A stretch of 64,000 nucleotides of DNA from Cycas panzhihuaensis (lineage: Eukaryota > Plantae > Cycadophyta): positions 103,361,741-103,425,740 of the forward strand of contig CM041465.1 of NCBI GenBank assembly GCA_023213395.1, in the 5' to 3' direction. Positions 50,224-63,273 of this stretch are shown one piece after another; positions within the stretch are counted from its first letter, which is position 1, and each line of letters begins with the position of its first letter. The position numbers and the translations under genes were made by a program. Under the pieces are notes generated by a model. That model was not told where the DNA came from. It saw only the letters and a program-made list of their open reading frames with translations, and did no database searches.

Positions 50224-52249
50224 TTACATTACAAAAGACTTTAATACATAATCTAAAAGTATGGTCTTAATGAACAAATAAGAATCTTTTAACCTCAAAT
50301 AAAAAATAACTTGAAAAATGCAATAAAACTCCTTTCACATAAACTTTATATACAGCAAGTAAACTTTCAAATTAATAAGATTCCTTCTGAATATATAAAA
50401 GAAAGTAATCTTAAAATATGTTCCCTTTTTAAAACAAATATAAAAACTAAATAATCCCTTTTGAATGAAATTAATGAATGCACCTTTTGAATAAAATGTA
50501 TAAATGAAGCAAACAAGCTTTTAATATGACTCAAATAAGCTCCAAAAAGTAAATGATCTTATACACATGTAATGGCATGTAATCTAAATACACTTTTAAG
50601 TGCAATAAAAGAACCTTAACTAATCGTTTAGGAAAATTTTAAGAAATGATCAAGATAATGAGCAAAATAAAGCCTCTTATGAGTTTCAATATTAAGATAA
50701 AATTAAATGAACAATAAATATGCTTTTATATGAGCCCTTTTCAAGCTACAAAGGTGTAAAATATGCTTTGAATATAACTTGGAATATGCACTTTTATTTG
50801 ACCTTGAATACACTTTAAAAGTATCCTTTAGAGAAGTAAGATGACCTTAAAATAAGAAAAAATATACTTTATATGAGCTCTAAAGTAAAGTATATGAGCT
50901 AAGAAATAAAGTAGCAGCTTTAAGACAGAGGTATTAAGAGTTAGAGAGCACTAGTTTGAAGAATTTGCTTCCAAAAGTCTCCTTCTTCTTTAGGAGGCCA
51001 AAATATGATTAAGAAGTTGTAAAATTTAAATGTGAACTTCTAAAAATAATTAAAATTAGTCAACAGTAGATAAGTAACTCAATAACATGTAGGTATGCCA
51101 AGGTAAAATCAAAAATTAGTGCAAAATAGCTAAAATGTTATCAAACTAGAGTCAACCAAGAGACTTAACTTCACTAGTCTAAAAACCCTATAAAATAGGT
51201 TCAAATCTTATCAAAACTACCTCAATACATAAATCATTAAAATACCTTTCCAACAGATCTAACTGCTCAAAAAATAAACTCTTGGATCAAAACTTATAAT
51301 GAAAATAGTGAAAGGGACGTTTTAAAGTAATAGAACCGAGTAGGGGGGTTAAACCCCTTTGAACAGAGGCCCTTGGTCACGTGGAGGGCATAAATGATCA
51401 ATTGCTAAGGTCCAAAGGGGGCTAGCGGTTAAAACCAAAAATATAAAAAAGAATTTAATTCAATTTTAGATCTTCCCCCTTTTTACAAAAGATAGGATCA
51501 CATAGAGGCATGATAGGACCATTGGTTGAGGGGTTGAGGCTAAATTGCATGCTCAGAGACTTGAAATATTATAAAAATTAATTAAATTTAAATCAAACTT
51601 CATAAAAATACATATATCAAAGAAAACAAATAAATTTAATCAAAACCTGCCTATAAGGGCCGCACGACCAAAATCGATCAAACAGATTGATTTTTCCACC
51701 AAAAAAATGTTATATTTGCTTCAAAAAATTACTCTAAAATGCCTCTATGAACTTATTGATCAAGGATGAGCAAAAAGAATTGAATTTTAGTTTCAGAAAA
51801 TAAAGAAAAATGTTGGCAAAAGATTAGATGGTGGTGAGGTTCTTATAAACCTATGAAGTGGCTAAATTTCTAGAGGAGATTTCTCATAAATGAAGAAACA
51901 AAACTTCAAACCATCTTCACTACTAAGAAGATGACTTAAACATGAACATAATAAGTAGTTGTATGCCCAGGTTCTATCAAGGTAACAAAGAGCTACAATA
52001 GCTTAAAAAGGATTCTTAATAAAACTTAAAAAAAGATAAACAGATAACTACAAAAGAAAAGGAATAAATGGCAAGCCTTCTATTCATGCATTCATCTTTG
52101 AATCAACCCACAATCATTAGCTTCAAGTGGGTTCTCTTGGCTTTCAGTAGCTAAAAAAATCTCTATCAACTGACAAAATCTATAACTTCATTGTTGAAGA
52201 GGACTATGTTTTACTTGTCACCAAATGCTAATAGTTTTGAAGAGATTTA

Positions 52250-52376
52250 GGTATGGCACAAACGTAGAGATAATCTTGCTCAGACACATAATGGTATGGC
52301 ATAGACATAGATATAATCTGGCTAAGACATGCAATGGTATGGCACAAGCATAGAGATAATCTAGCTAAAAGACATA
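52250..52376. repeat. Three tandem copies of a 43-bp unit
   Basis: GGTATGGCA...TAGA.ATAATCT.GCT begins at 52250, 52293 and 52336. Confidence 0.9.
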
Positions 52377-52742
52377 GTCGCTGATAGAGAGGATGACGGA
52401 TTATAATTAAATATGGTGCATATATATTATCTTATAGTCATTGATTGAAATATATGTAAGACATAACAAAGGATAAATGGTAGAGATGAGTGCACATTAG
52501 AAGGAACAAATAGGGACGTTGTAGACCCTAGAGTAAGGATGCAATTATACTACTACCAACAGATAGTTTTAAGAGAGTAGGTAATCGAAATAATTAAACT
52601 TCGATGCTTTGCAAGCAAGAGATTGGAGAGCAGGCCATATAATCTTACACAATCAAAATGGAGTAGATACAATGAAAACTTGCAATGTGCACAAATGAGA
52701 GAGTAGATCGAACATACTCTAATACTAAATGTCATGCGTAAG

Positions 52743-52754
52743 GCTCTAATACCA
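52743..52754 (-). other. PBS (tRNA-iMet) on the minus strand, possibly belonging to C7
   Basis: GCTCTAATACCA is the reverse complement of TGGTATTAGAGC. Confidence 0.6.
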
Positions 52755-53439
52755 AATAAAAGCGATAATGGAGACAGAGTGGAGCAGGTGAAATAATAAT
52801 TCAATACATGTTGAAACCCATATTCAAATCCATTATCAATTCAGTTTGTACATTGTTAATAAATTTCACATAGATTGGTGGTGTTATCTAACATCAAGGA
52901 TTTTAGGCCCTAAAATATATATTTAAGAGGTGGGCTCAACCCGCCTCAACCTAAATTCAAAATATAATAAAAAATAAACAACTTAAAATAAAATAACATT
53001 ACCTTATCCAAGTGATGGTTGGGGACAGCTCACATGGTCCCAAGATAATTTTGCATAAATAAATAAATGTAATGAACATTAATCAAATAGGATGGTGGTG
53101 TATAGTTTATAAATTAAAGAATCATTATAATGATGATTGATAGACTTTTCATAATATGAAGTTCTAAACTCATAGACAAACTCAAACAAAATCTAAGATA
53201 GATCAAATAATTTACAAAATTATTTTTCCTAATCACAACAGCAACAATAAGAGGAGATAACCTTAAAGACAAGGAAATGATAATGATTCTCATAATCAAT
53301 CACTTAAATATGAGGCCTCTTCTATATAGTCTAAACAAGTGAACCCTTTGACCAATAATGAGTAAGTAATCTGTTTAAAAGAAAATATCTCTCTCTATAA
53401 TGAAGTGAAAAAGATAATTAAACTATATTTCCACATATG

Positions 53440-53640
53440 GCATACTATACAATAAGTATAAATTGTAGCTCATTCCATAATGAGTATAAACTATGGCCCA
53501 CTCTTAATGAGGGTAAACTATGGCTCTAAAAATTTTACTACTGAAGAGTATAAATTATAGTAAGTCATACATACTCCTAAAAGAGTATAAATTGTCACAC
53601 ATACTCCACCATGAGTATAAATTAAGCATATATACTCTCA
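53440..53640. repeat. Degenerate short tandem repeats with core GAGTATAAA, probably the U3 region of a minus-strand LTR remnant (~52900-53891)
   Basis: About six (G/A)AGTATAAA-like cores roughly 28-45 bp apart. A minus-strand TATA-like CTATATAGAAGAGG lies near 53313-53329. Confidence 0.55.
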
Positions 53641-54198
53641 TTTTCATACCTTTTTCTCCTTCATACTAATTCATTAGTTAAATATTCTTCACTCTCACTA
53701 TATTTACTAGTGTCATCTCTTATAATCCTTAGAGTATAGAATTGCTTGGAGTACTCAACCATACCTTAATATCCCTTCCCATGTACACCCCTTATATTAA
53801 TACCATTAACTAAAATTGTAAGTCATTATATAATTAGTATACTCTTAATATTCCTATAGTTTGGCTTAATGGGGTGGTTATTTGGGGGTATTGTTGGGAC
53901 CCTATTCTATTAATTATGCACATAGTTAGTATACTCACAAGGGCACGCATCCTTGAAGTGATTAATTTCTTCTCATTTATACTTAAAGATAGAATTCATT
54001 TGACACTCTTAAACTTATCAATAGGTTTATTGGTGATTAGCTCTTGAGTTTCATTCATCATTCATTAACCATACACTTGAGTTATCATATACAAAAGATT
54101 TGATATGGATCACATAAAAATATTATAACATTTGATAAAAAAGAATAGAGAAAAAAGAAGAGAGAGATCTCTCTTATTCATTAACATGTTAACAAGCT

Positions 54199-54435
54199 TA
54201 ATGGTGACTGACTTACAAGTCTCACATTATCATTCATTGAACTATTGATCTCTAAATAGCCACTCATATATATCAACACATGCATAGGTTTAATAGTGAC
54301 TAACGTATAAGTCTTATATTGTCATTTATTAAACCATAGACCCAGTTAATCTTATATATATACATCATCTTGATTAATGGATTCAATGGTGGTTGATTTA
54401 AAGCTTTATATTAACATTCACTAAATCATATACTT
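54199..54435. repeat. Degenerate ~92-93 bp tandem repeat, about 2.5-3 copies
   Basis: (T/C)AAT(G/A)GTG...AT..CATT.A.T.AA blocks start at 54199, 54291 and 54384. Confidence 0.65.
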
Positions 54436-55761
54436 AATTGATATGCATTTCTATTAATGATTGATATAGCTAAATAGTATGAGTTAAAGAAATGGGCACT
54501 CTTGGATGCCCCAACTTAAAGAGGTATTAGTTAGGACATTGAGATTTCACATTTCTAGATAGTTTCCCTTATCGATTGATTCTTACATACTCCTATATCC
54601 ATTATATTATACTTTTCAACATATGTCTTGGATTGTTATTGTACTTCCTATCATATTATTCATTCACACATATATAGAAGCTAAGGAAATTCTAGTCTTT
54701 TTGTCATTACTTTGATTATCCATAATCACATTGGTAGTATTGTGTTTAGTGCAGGGTTGTTTATTCTATCCACTACATACTCATAAATTTACAAAACTTA
54801 ACATTCTAGATTTAATTCCCAATACAACATGCTCATATAAATCCTTAACAAGTTTTAGAATATTACTAATATTATATGTATATATGTGGGGTATGATGTT
54901 GACAATACTTAATATTTATTATATGAGCTTCATCATACTTTATTGCTAAGGGGATAAATGTTTTCCTAACTTTTTACCTCTTATTCTTAATTTGAGAATA
55001 TCATGTGTGATTCTTATCTCTCTCATTAGATATGTATTTATTACATGTTATTTATCTTAAGTTGCATTTGATTGCCTACATTTACTTTCTATTTTTTCTT
55101 ACATAATATTTTCACTAAGTATTTGCTTATGTTTTCCTATGTATATCACATCTCTCCCTCTCATTAATGATGAAATCAGACCTATCCTTTATAACCACCC
55201 ATGTTATAGAGGTATAACTTTATAAGATGAGTCAATGCTCATGATAGTTACTATGTTATATTTCCTCCATAATGACCTTTTTTTAATCTTATTTCATGCT
55301 TTATTTTGGTTCCTCCAAGTGACCATCTCGACCTCTTTTAGGTTAAGTTGCCCTTTGAATTATCTATCATGTGGGATAAACATGAGTTAGTTCCCTTTTG
55401 AGTAATTTACTTTAGTTAACACAAGTATTTCTTTATTGTTTTTCACTTACATTATGCTTGTTTTACATTTCTTGCCTTGATTTTGAATACAATTGATTAT
55501 TTTACATATTTCATTGTGTATATCTCCTCAAGTAGATACAAAATGGGTGATCGTGGGTTGAAAAGGAACATCATATGAGGAAGTTATATCCCTTTTATAT
55601 TTTTGTCTTCTTCCACTAACTAATTTTACAACGTGTTGAGGTTAACTTCACAATTAAATCATAAATAATAGTGTAATTATTGTATATTATTTTAAAAAAA
55701 TGATTTTATAATAAATTAGAAGATTTATTCTTTTATTTTCCTCTGTATTTCACTATAAATA

Positions 55762-58744
55762 TGAAGGAAGGATAGATCTAGGGAATAAATCACTCAAAGG
55801 CATACAATGGCAATGGAGAATGAAAAAGAGATGAAACAAGATATAAGAGCTAATCTTGGAGGTGAGAATGAATAATGACTCCCTCCTTGAGATTTTGCCT
55901 TTTATTATTGAAATTGAGTATTAGGTTAAGGATTTTCTTGCCTAATGACATAAACTCGAAATTACATCTAAATACACATAAAGTGTATTTCATTAAGAGA
56001 CTAATGCTAATAATATATCCTAAGGTTATATAATTAATCTACACAAGTGACCTTGATATATTAATCTCTTTCAATCCCCCCCTTAATAGTGGAAGGTCAT
56101 TTTGAGAAAATCTATTCTATGATATCTTTATTTGAGCTACATTATTACATTAAAATTCTAAATGACACTTTTGTGGGAAAACCCTCATGGGAAATAAAAC
56201 TCACGAACTTTTTAAGATCTATAGCCCCTTTTATAAATCAAAATGGCTAAGGTGGCTCTTTGATATAGCCTAATAGCTAAGTAGCTTAAATGTGTAACTT
56301 TATCTGTTAAGTCTCCATATATCGTTTGGTCATCCCCTATGACCTTTTGGGTTTTCATAGGTTCTAATTTTCTAAAACTAGTACAATCCTTATCCTTTTA
56401 TACCCACATGGGATTTTCACAAATAGGATAGAGCAGAGACTTACTCTTATTCTTTTGTGCCCAGAGAATAGAGTATGATGATCCTATTGCCATCTTGTTA
56501 GATTAGTCAAAGATGGAGGCCCTAAGGCTGAGCTACCTTTGGAACTATTCAAACTTCACCTTTGATAGTGGTTTGGTGAAGATGTCAGCTACTTGATCTG
56601 TTATGGGGTAGTATTCCAGTTGAACTGTGTCGTCATGAATAAGTTCTCTAATCTTGTGGACTTTTATACTTATGTGTTTGGTATAATCATGAAATATAGG
56701 ATTTTTTGCCATGCAGATTACTGATTGATTATCCACATGAAGGCCGGTAGGACTTGTTTAAGTGATATTTAATGTTTCTGATAATTTTTTAAGCTGTATC
56801 ACCTCCTTACTAGTCTCAAAAGTAGCAATGTATTCAGCTTCTAAAGTTGAATCTACAAATATCTTTTATCGTCTAGATCTCTAGGATATTGGTGATGTTC
56901 CAAGAAATGTTATATACCCAGGCATAGGTCTTCCTATATCTTTATCTCCTACAAAGTCTAAGTCTATGTATGTAGAAAGCTTAAATTCATTATTAGGTTC
57001 ATACAACAGACCAAATTTATTGGTTATCTTTAGGTATTTTAACACTTGAACTAAAACCTGCTAGTGATTCTGCGTAAGATTATCTTGAATCATGCAAGAA
57101 TACTAAAAAAGTGTGCAATATCTGGCTTTATATTGATAGTTTAGATGAGATTACCTACAAGTTTCTTATAAAGTATTGTGTCTACCTCCCTAGTGTCACC
57201 ATCAATTAAGAGTTTGGCATTAGGGTCCATAGGTAATGCCATTGGTCGAGTATCTTCTAATTGAAACTTAGTTAGAAGATCATTGATGTATTTTTCTTAG
57301 GAAAGGAAAATTTTTCTATTATTTTATGTTACTTCAATTCCCAAGTAATATTTCATCAAATTGAGGTTAGACAATTTGAATGTTTTACCAAGGTCCTTTT
57401 TCAGCTGGCTTATTACCTATTCATTATGAGCCATTACTAGCATATCATTCATAAAGATTATGAGATAAGTGACTTTATCCTTATGGCACTTAATGAATAA
57501 TGTTGCATCAATATCTCAGTAGTCATATACCTCATATCCAAGTTGCCTCATTCTTTTAGACAACTTGGAAAACCAAGAGTGAGGGGTTTGTTTAAATTTG
57601 TACAAGGACATTTTAAGCCTACAAACCTTATACTCATGACCTTTGATCTCATAGCCTTCTAACTGAGCCATGTAAATTTCTTCTTCAAGATCTCCATTGA
57701 GAAATACAGTCTTAATATTGAGTTGGTGGATTTTCCAACTATGTTGAGTAGCCAAGGCCAGAAGAGTTCTAATTATAGGCCACTTGGTTATAGGTGCAAC
57801 GACTTCAATGTAGTTGATGCCTTCTCTTTATGTAAATTCTTTATCTACTAACCTCACCTTGTGTTTTTTAAGGGTGCCATCTAATCTATATTTATTTTTG
57901 AACACCCATTTATTTTGAACTACCTTTCTACCAAGTGTTAGATCAACAAGCTTCCATGTATCATTCTTGATAAGAGATTGGTACTCTTCGATCATGGCAT
58001 TTCTCCAAGCTGAATGCTTTATAACTTCTTGGTATGTTAGGGGCTCTTCATTAAGAGTAAGGTGCAGTTCTGTTATTTCAAGCTCAGTAGATAATAATTC
58101 ATATATCATTACTCTATGGGCACTTTAAGTAACAATTTTGCCCACCTCATCTAGTTGTATGTCTTTATTGAGTTAGTGGGCTTTTTGAGATCCTCAAGTT
58201 GAGAATGAGGTCATTATTTCCTCAACTTCTTAGTTCTCATCCTATTCATTAAAATGATAATTTTATGAGGAGGATGTTGATGCACCTAAGGAAGATGGTC
58301 CTTCTACCATTGTTTTGCCTTTATCGACTAAAGGTGGAGAGGATGGTTCTTCTATAATGGCTTTACCTTTGTCAACTCAGTTATCTTTAAAAGATGGTGC
58401 TGGACGTACACTCATTAGTTTAGAGTCATAACTTGTATCCTCTGAGGCTCTATTGTCAGCTTCCAATTTTTGAAGTAATTTATGTTTGTCCCTCCCCCAA
58501 ATTTTAGAATCTGAACATCATACTTGATAACATTATTATAGCAACATGAGGGTATTTTGGAGTCTAATCTAAGCAACTAATCCTTTGTCTCTGCAAAAAC
58601 AACATCTCTAGTAACAATGATTTTCTATTTTGAAGGTATAAAAACCTTATACCCTTTCTTATCCATAGGGTATCTAACAAAGATGCCTTTAAGTACCCTT
58701 GGCTGGAGTTTATTTTGATCTAAATCTAGAATATGGGCATAGCA
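55762..58744 (-). mobile_element. Ty1/copia element C8, 3' half (integrase tail, RT, RNase H, PPT, 3' LTR), interrupted at 58745
   Basis: LTR 55762-56073 (TGAAGG...CTTTCA), PPT complement ATCCCCCCCTTAA 56074-56086, RNase H ORF 56545-56736, RT ORFs 57516-57755 and 57828-58109, CYAHI at the junction. Confidence 0.92.
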
Positions 58745-61359
58745 TGTGAAACGCTTGTCGCAGGGTGGTATCCCTATGTTTAGCAAGAGGACTAGTTATG
58801 CAAGATTAGGTTGGGCCAAACAGCAAGGACTCACCTCGCAGGGTGTCAGTGTGCCAGAGCGTAGATTTGGGACTTGCAGAGGTGCCTGGTTGCTTCTAGG
58901 TAGCTACACAAGGCGAGGCCTTCCTACCCCTCGGATGGCTGGGAAGAGGAGGAGAGAACCTGGCACGTTGCGTCTTCTCAAGGAAGTGAGAAGGCAATAT
59001 GAGAACAAGAATGTATGTAAAATGTGGTGTCTAGGTGTAGGCTGGCCAAAGGGGCAAGGTTTGGGTAGTTCTAGTACGAAATGAACTATCTAAATGTAAC
59101 AGATTGACCGCTAAATAAAAGATACGTAAAGAAGCAAATGTATGTTCCTTTCCTCTTCTAGTTTCCTATGTGTTCCTTATTATGCAAGCACGTGCACAAA
59201 AAATAATGCTATAAAGAAAATATGCAAGGATGAGGAAAATACCTGGACCGGCAACTGAATGGAGTGCTACGCGTCTCCTCATTTCTCGCTCCACTCATTG
59301 CATGTGCAAAACTGCTCGGTGATGGTTACCATGAATAACTAAAGAGGGTCTAGCTTACCTCCCTTTATGCATGCAAAAGTAAAGCAGAATAGCAAATAAT
59401 AGAAAATAATGGAAAGAAATAAATATAGAACTAACCTGCAATGGGTTTGTTTCATACGTGACTCTACGAATGCGAGATCCTATCCAGCAAACAAGCAGGT
59501 TTCTCCCTCTCGGAAGAGGGGCTACGAAACAGATCTAATACGTATATCAAACTAAGCTAAGCATATGTATTATTATTTAATGAAGTGACATTCAACAAAG
59601 TTTCCACAAACAATTACCGCAAATGACACCCAAACAAGAGTATAGCCTCGAAATGGCTAACTCACCTATAAGAAGTCTCCACTTAGCCTCAGGAAAGGAA
59701 AATAAACTCGCAGTAAGAACATGGGACAGAGAATAACGAGAAGGAAAAAGGTAACTAAAAGGTATGCAGGCACCCAAAGAACGAGATGCTACAGATAGCA
59801 AATCATCTAACTAGGTGGGTTGTAAACTGTTAACTGGCAAGAAACAGTTTCGGGGCTTATGCGATGCCCAAAACCAACAGACAAAAATCTAAAACTAGCA
59901 TGGCAATGGGTTGCCAACGCTGATTTAGATCCAAAAATGAGCTTCCAAATTCCCTAACCTGACTTCTAGAAAGGTGCAAAGGGAGAGAAAGTAAGGGACA
60001 TAACCCTTGGGGAGAAGGGCAGCAAGGGGGATTGGCCCCGCCTTCTTCCCTCTAACTTTCTCTATGTTATCCCCTTACAATAGCCACCTAAAAGTAAACT
60101 AGCAGGAATGATGGGGGAGCTCTATGGTGCAATAGGCAAGAGAACTAGTGCTAAACAGGCATAGCAACCAAAAAATTATATAAACTAGGGATTTACTTAC
60201 AAAACATGGAAAGAAATGGCATGCATTTCAAAGTAAATATGAAGGTACCTTGTTGTGAAGAGAAGAAGCATGAACTTGCTAGAAAATAATAAGAGAAAAC
60301 TAGCATTCAGTAAGGTATGATAGCAGGTTTGAAAGAGGAGACAAATATGAGAGTGATCCTGTGAGTTGAGAGCCCTTGAAGCTTGTTCTTTTAGGAGACT
60401 TTGAAGTATATCCCCCTTGTAGCTTTGAAGACCTGCAAACAGATGTTGAGCTTGTTGTTCGTGAGCAATAGGGACAGTAATAGTCCCTGGTAAAGAGCAG
60501 CAGTTGTGTGTCTTATTTTGCAGTAGTGTTCTGTAGAGAATTTTTGTAGAGTTCTCTGTAAAAATAAGCTAAGAATCCTTGAAAATGAAGTAGACTTTTT
60601 ATTTTATCCCCTGCTCACTACAGGTGAACATTGGGGATCTCAAGGCACTTCAAATGCATGGGTGCCATGTAGTAGTTCCGCGAAAAAAGTGGAAACTGTC
60701 ACGTGATTTTTTTTAAAAATTTTAAACAGTTGTCCCGCAGTAAACTTCACGATATCGCAAAGAAAGATCACTAGCTAAGTTTACAAAGAAGACAAGACTG
60801 GAAATAAAAAATAAGCAAAAATAAGGGTTTAGAGCTAAATTAAGAGTAAATCAAGGCTAGAACAGCTGGGGGGAATACCCAGGTGATGGGCAAGTGGCCA
60901 AGAAAGTGAACTGGGTCTCAACCAAGGATTTAATCAGACCTGGAAGAGACTGCAACATGAACAAGTTGTCATAAAAAAGGTGAACATGACTGGCTGAGGC
61001 ATCCCGAGGGGTCGTGGAGATGAAGTGGGTGGATGTGCGCAATATGGAGTGTAACATTCACTGAGGAATGCCCCCATTGTAAGTCGTCATAGGCTGAAAG
61101 CATGCGGTAAGCACATGCAATATGATCAAGCAAAGAGGTAATGCAGGTAGGCAAGCATACGTCAGGCAATCTATACTAAATGACCTCAGTCAAGTAAGAG
61201 CAGAGAGAAGTGAGAACCTATACCTGAGCTTACCTGAGTCAATGAGTCTTGAGTCCATTCCCAGTAGCCGGGAAACACTGGCCCCTTCGCAGCAAAGCCT
61301 CACCGCTCAGAAGCGTGACGTGATGGTGAATACTAACAACCAAAAATATTAGTAGTACA

Positions 61360-61362
<3 letters not shown>

Positions 61363-61392
<30 letters not shown>
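61363..61392. repeat. (AT)15 microsatellite
   Basis: Perfect run read directly from the sequence. Confidence 0.95.
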
Positions 61393-61396
<4 letters not shown>

Positions 61397-61647
61397 ATGA
61401 ATAGCATATGGACTAAGGGTATTAGCAAGTGTCGTGGCAGAACACGTGGACAAGGGAGATGAAGACGAGGATAACATAGGGGCTTCCTACGCGTCATCTA
61501 AACATCGACCTACAGGTGAAGGAAGCTAATGAAGGGGATGCCCCCGTTACCGAAGTGTAACGAGTGGTAGGAGGAACCCAACAAACTAAACAAGCACATC
61601 AGACTAAAGGTGACCAAAGACTCAGGCATGGGCTGCCCAGGCAAGCC

Positions 61648-62079
61648 TCAAAGGCGGTCGTCAAGAAGAGGGAGGTGACGCTCAAGGATGAGGTGGCTGA
61701 GGTTGTCTACCTCAGCATTAAGGTCCCGAGGGATGTGCTGAATATCCACTGATGAAAAGCGGGCCAAGAGAGATTTAGTATCTGAAGTGAGGGTTCTCAA
61801 GCGAGGGTATCGCACCTGGTAAACCTAGGTGAGCTGAGACATAATAATCTGAGAATCACAAAGCAACATGATGGATCCGTGATGGAAACAGAGAGCATCA
61901 GTAAGGGCTTCAATAACGGCCATGTACTCGGCTTCGTTATTGGTTGCCTCAGGAAGGAAGATCCCAAAATATAGGAAATCATGTTTGGAGGGGCTGCAAA
62001 GGATCCAAGCAGCGGCAGAAGGTCCAGGGTTACTGCGGCTTCCACCGTCGGTAAATATGTAGAGGGATATGAGCAAATA
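61648..62079 (-). pseudogene. Archaeal-type RNase HI domain (Tat aRH), ~140 codons, one premature stop, no ATG start
   Basis: YIFTDGGSRSNPGPSAAAW...ATNNEAEYMAVIEAL...CDSQIIMSQLT*VYQVR...IQHIPRDLNAEVDNLS. The D-E-D-D catalytic pattern is present. Confidence 0.9.
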
Positions 62080-62597
62080 CTAAATTTTGGCAGTAAAGAA
62101 ACAATGATGAAATAAAAGAAAAACTTGAAAGGCAAGCAAAAAAGTGGCCGTGAAAGGTAGGAGGGCCTAGCAATGAGGCTACCCAAGGATGGAAGCAAGC
62201 AGTCCGACCACCATCTGAGAGCGGGCAGAGAAAAGATGCCCTAGAGCACCAAAGGTTACTTTGGGAAACAAAACATGCCCCCAAACAAGGGAGCATTCCC
62301 TTTGGGGATCCCAGGAGCAGAAAAGGGCTGCAGAAATGAGTCCAGGATAGCGAAATAAGCCAAATGAGTATAAACTTAGGCATACACGGGAGCGGCGCAC
62401 AAAACGAGACAGAAGGGCCCTAGGAAAAAGTGCAGTAATGGGGTGCCATAAATGCCCTTGCAAGAGAGGGCAAAAAGGGCATCAAAAGAGCACAAAAGGC
62501 AATAGGGCCAGAAGGCAAAGGTGATCGAGGAAACAGGATGGTCCTGATGGCTGTCACGAGGTCAAAAATAGAAGAAGTGTCTATCGAGGCCCCCGCC

Positions 62598-62635
62598 TAT
62601 ATAAGGAAATCGAATAGAAAATGGATTCATTTTCA
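62598..62635 (+). promoter_or_regulatory. Putative TATA box and initiator for the PMD gene
   Basis: TATATAA at 62598-62604, with TCATTTTCA starting 29 nt later at 62627. Confidence 0.55.
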
Positions 62636-63273
62636 CCAGCTCTCATGAGAAACCAGAGCCATCTCCTTACGCAGTGGAGCACCAACCAACTTTAGAGTCA
62701 CGCAGGGGACGATCTGACCATTGGATCGGAGCACAGCGAGAGCCAGCAGGATTGTCGAGATGAGATGGCGACGCCTAGACCAGATCTAGTGAGTGGATCT
62801 CACAAAACCCTTCCCATTTCAAAGTTTTTATTTTATTGCTTTTTGTAGATTTTTATATAATTTTTGTGCCCCTTATGGGTAATTGAAAGCCTTTTGGAGT
62901 CTGAATTGGACCCATAAAGAGGCGAGACCTGGGCATTAATGAGCCCTGGTCCTGGTGGACCCCACGGGGTCCACCACAAGGAATTTTTTTTTATTTTCAG
63001 GGCAAGAACCAACCCTTTTAGGGGGGTTGCCATTTGTACCGTGGCGAAGATCATGGTGTCGCGATCATTGCCACAGGGCCCCCCGATCGTCGCGGGACTT
63101 GTGCTAAACTTAGCGGTACCATTAAGTTTAGAATGGTACGAAGGTAGAATATTAGAAAAAAGAAGATGAGGGGCCATAAGGCCCCAAATCTCAAGCAGAG
63201 AGAGTTGAGAGATAGCCAGGAGTAGAGATGACTGGTATGAGACTGACTTTGACTAGTTTTTTTATGTTGACAA

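Noticed and set aside
52250-52376. CRISPR-like array
   Set aside because: Contiguous tandem units with no unique spacers, no cas genes, and a eukaryotic TE context.
58746-61352. Short ORFs in the G4 LTR/UTR region as genes
   Set aside because: No recognisable domains, and lengths expected by chance in GC-richer DNA.
62766-62780. Tat/Ogre-type PBS (TGGCGAC...) implying a plus-strand element
   Set aside because: Only about 7 nt match, it is not preceded by an LTR-terminal CA, and it is better explained as the PMD start codon region.
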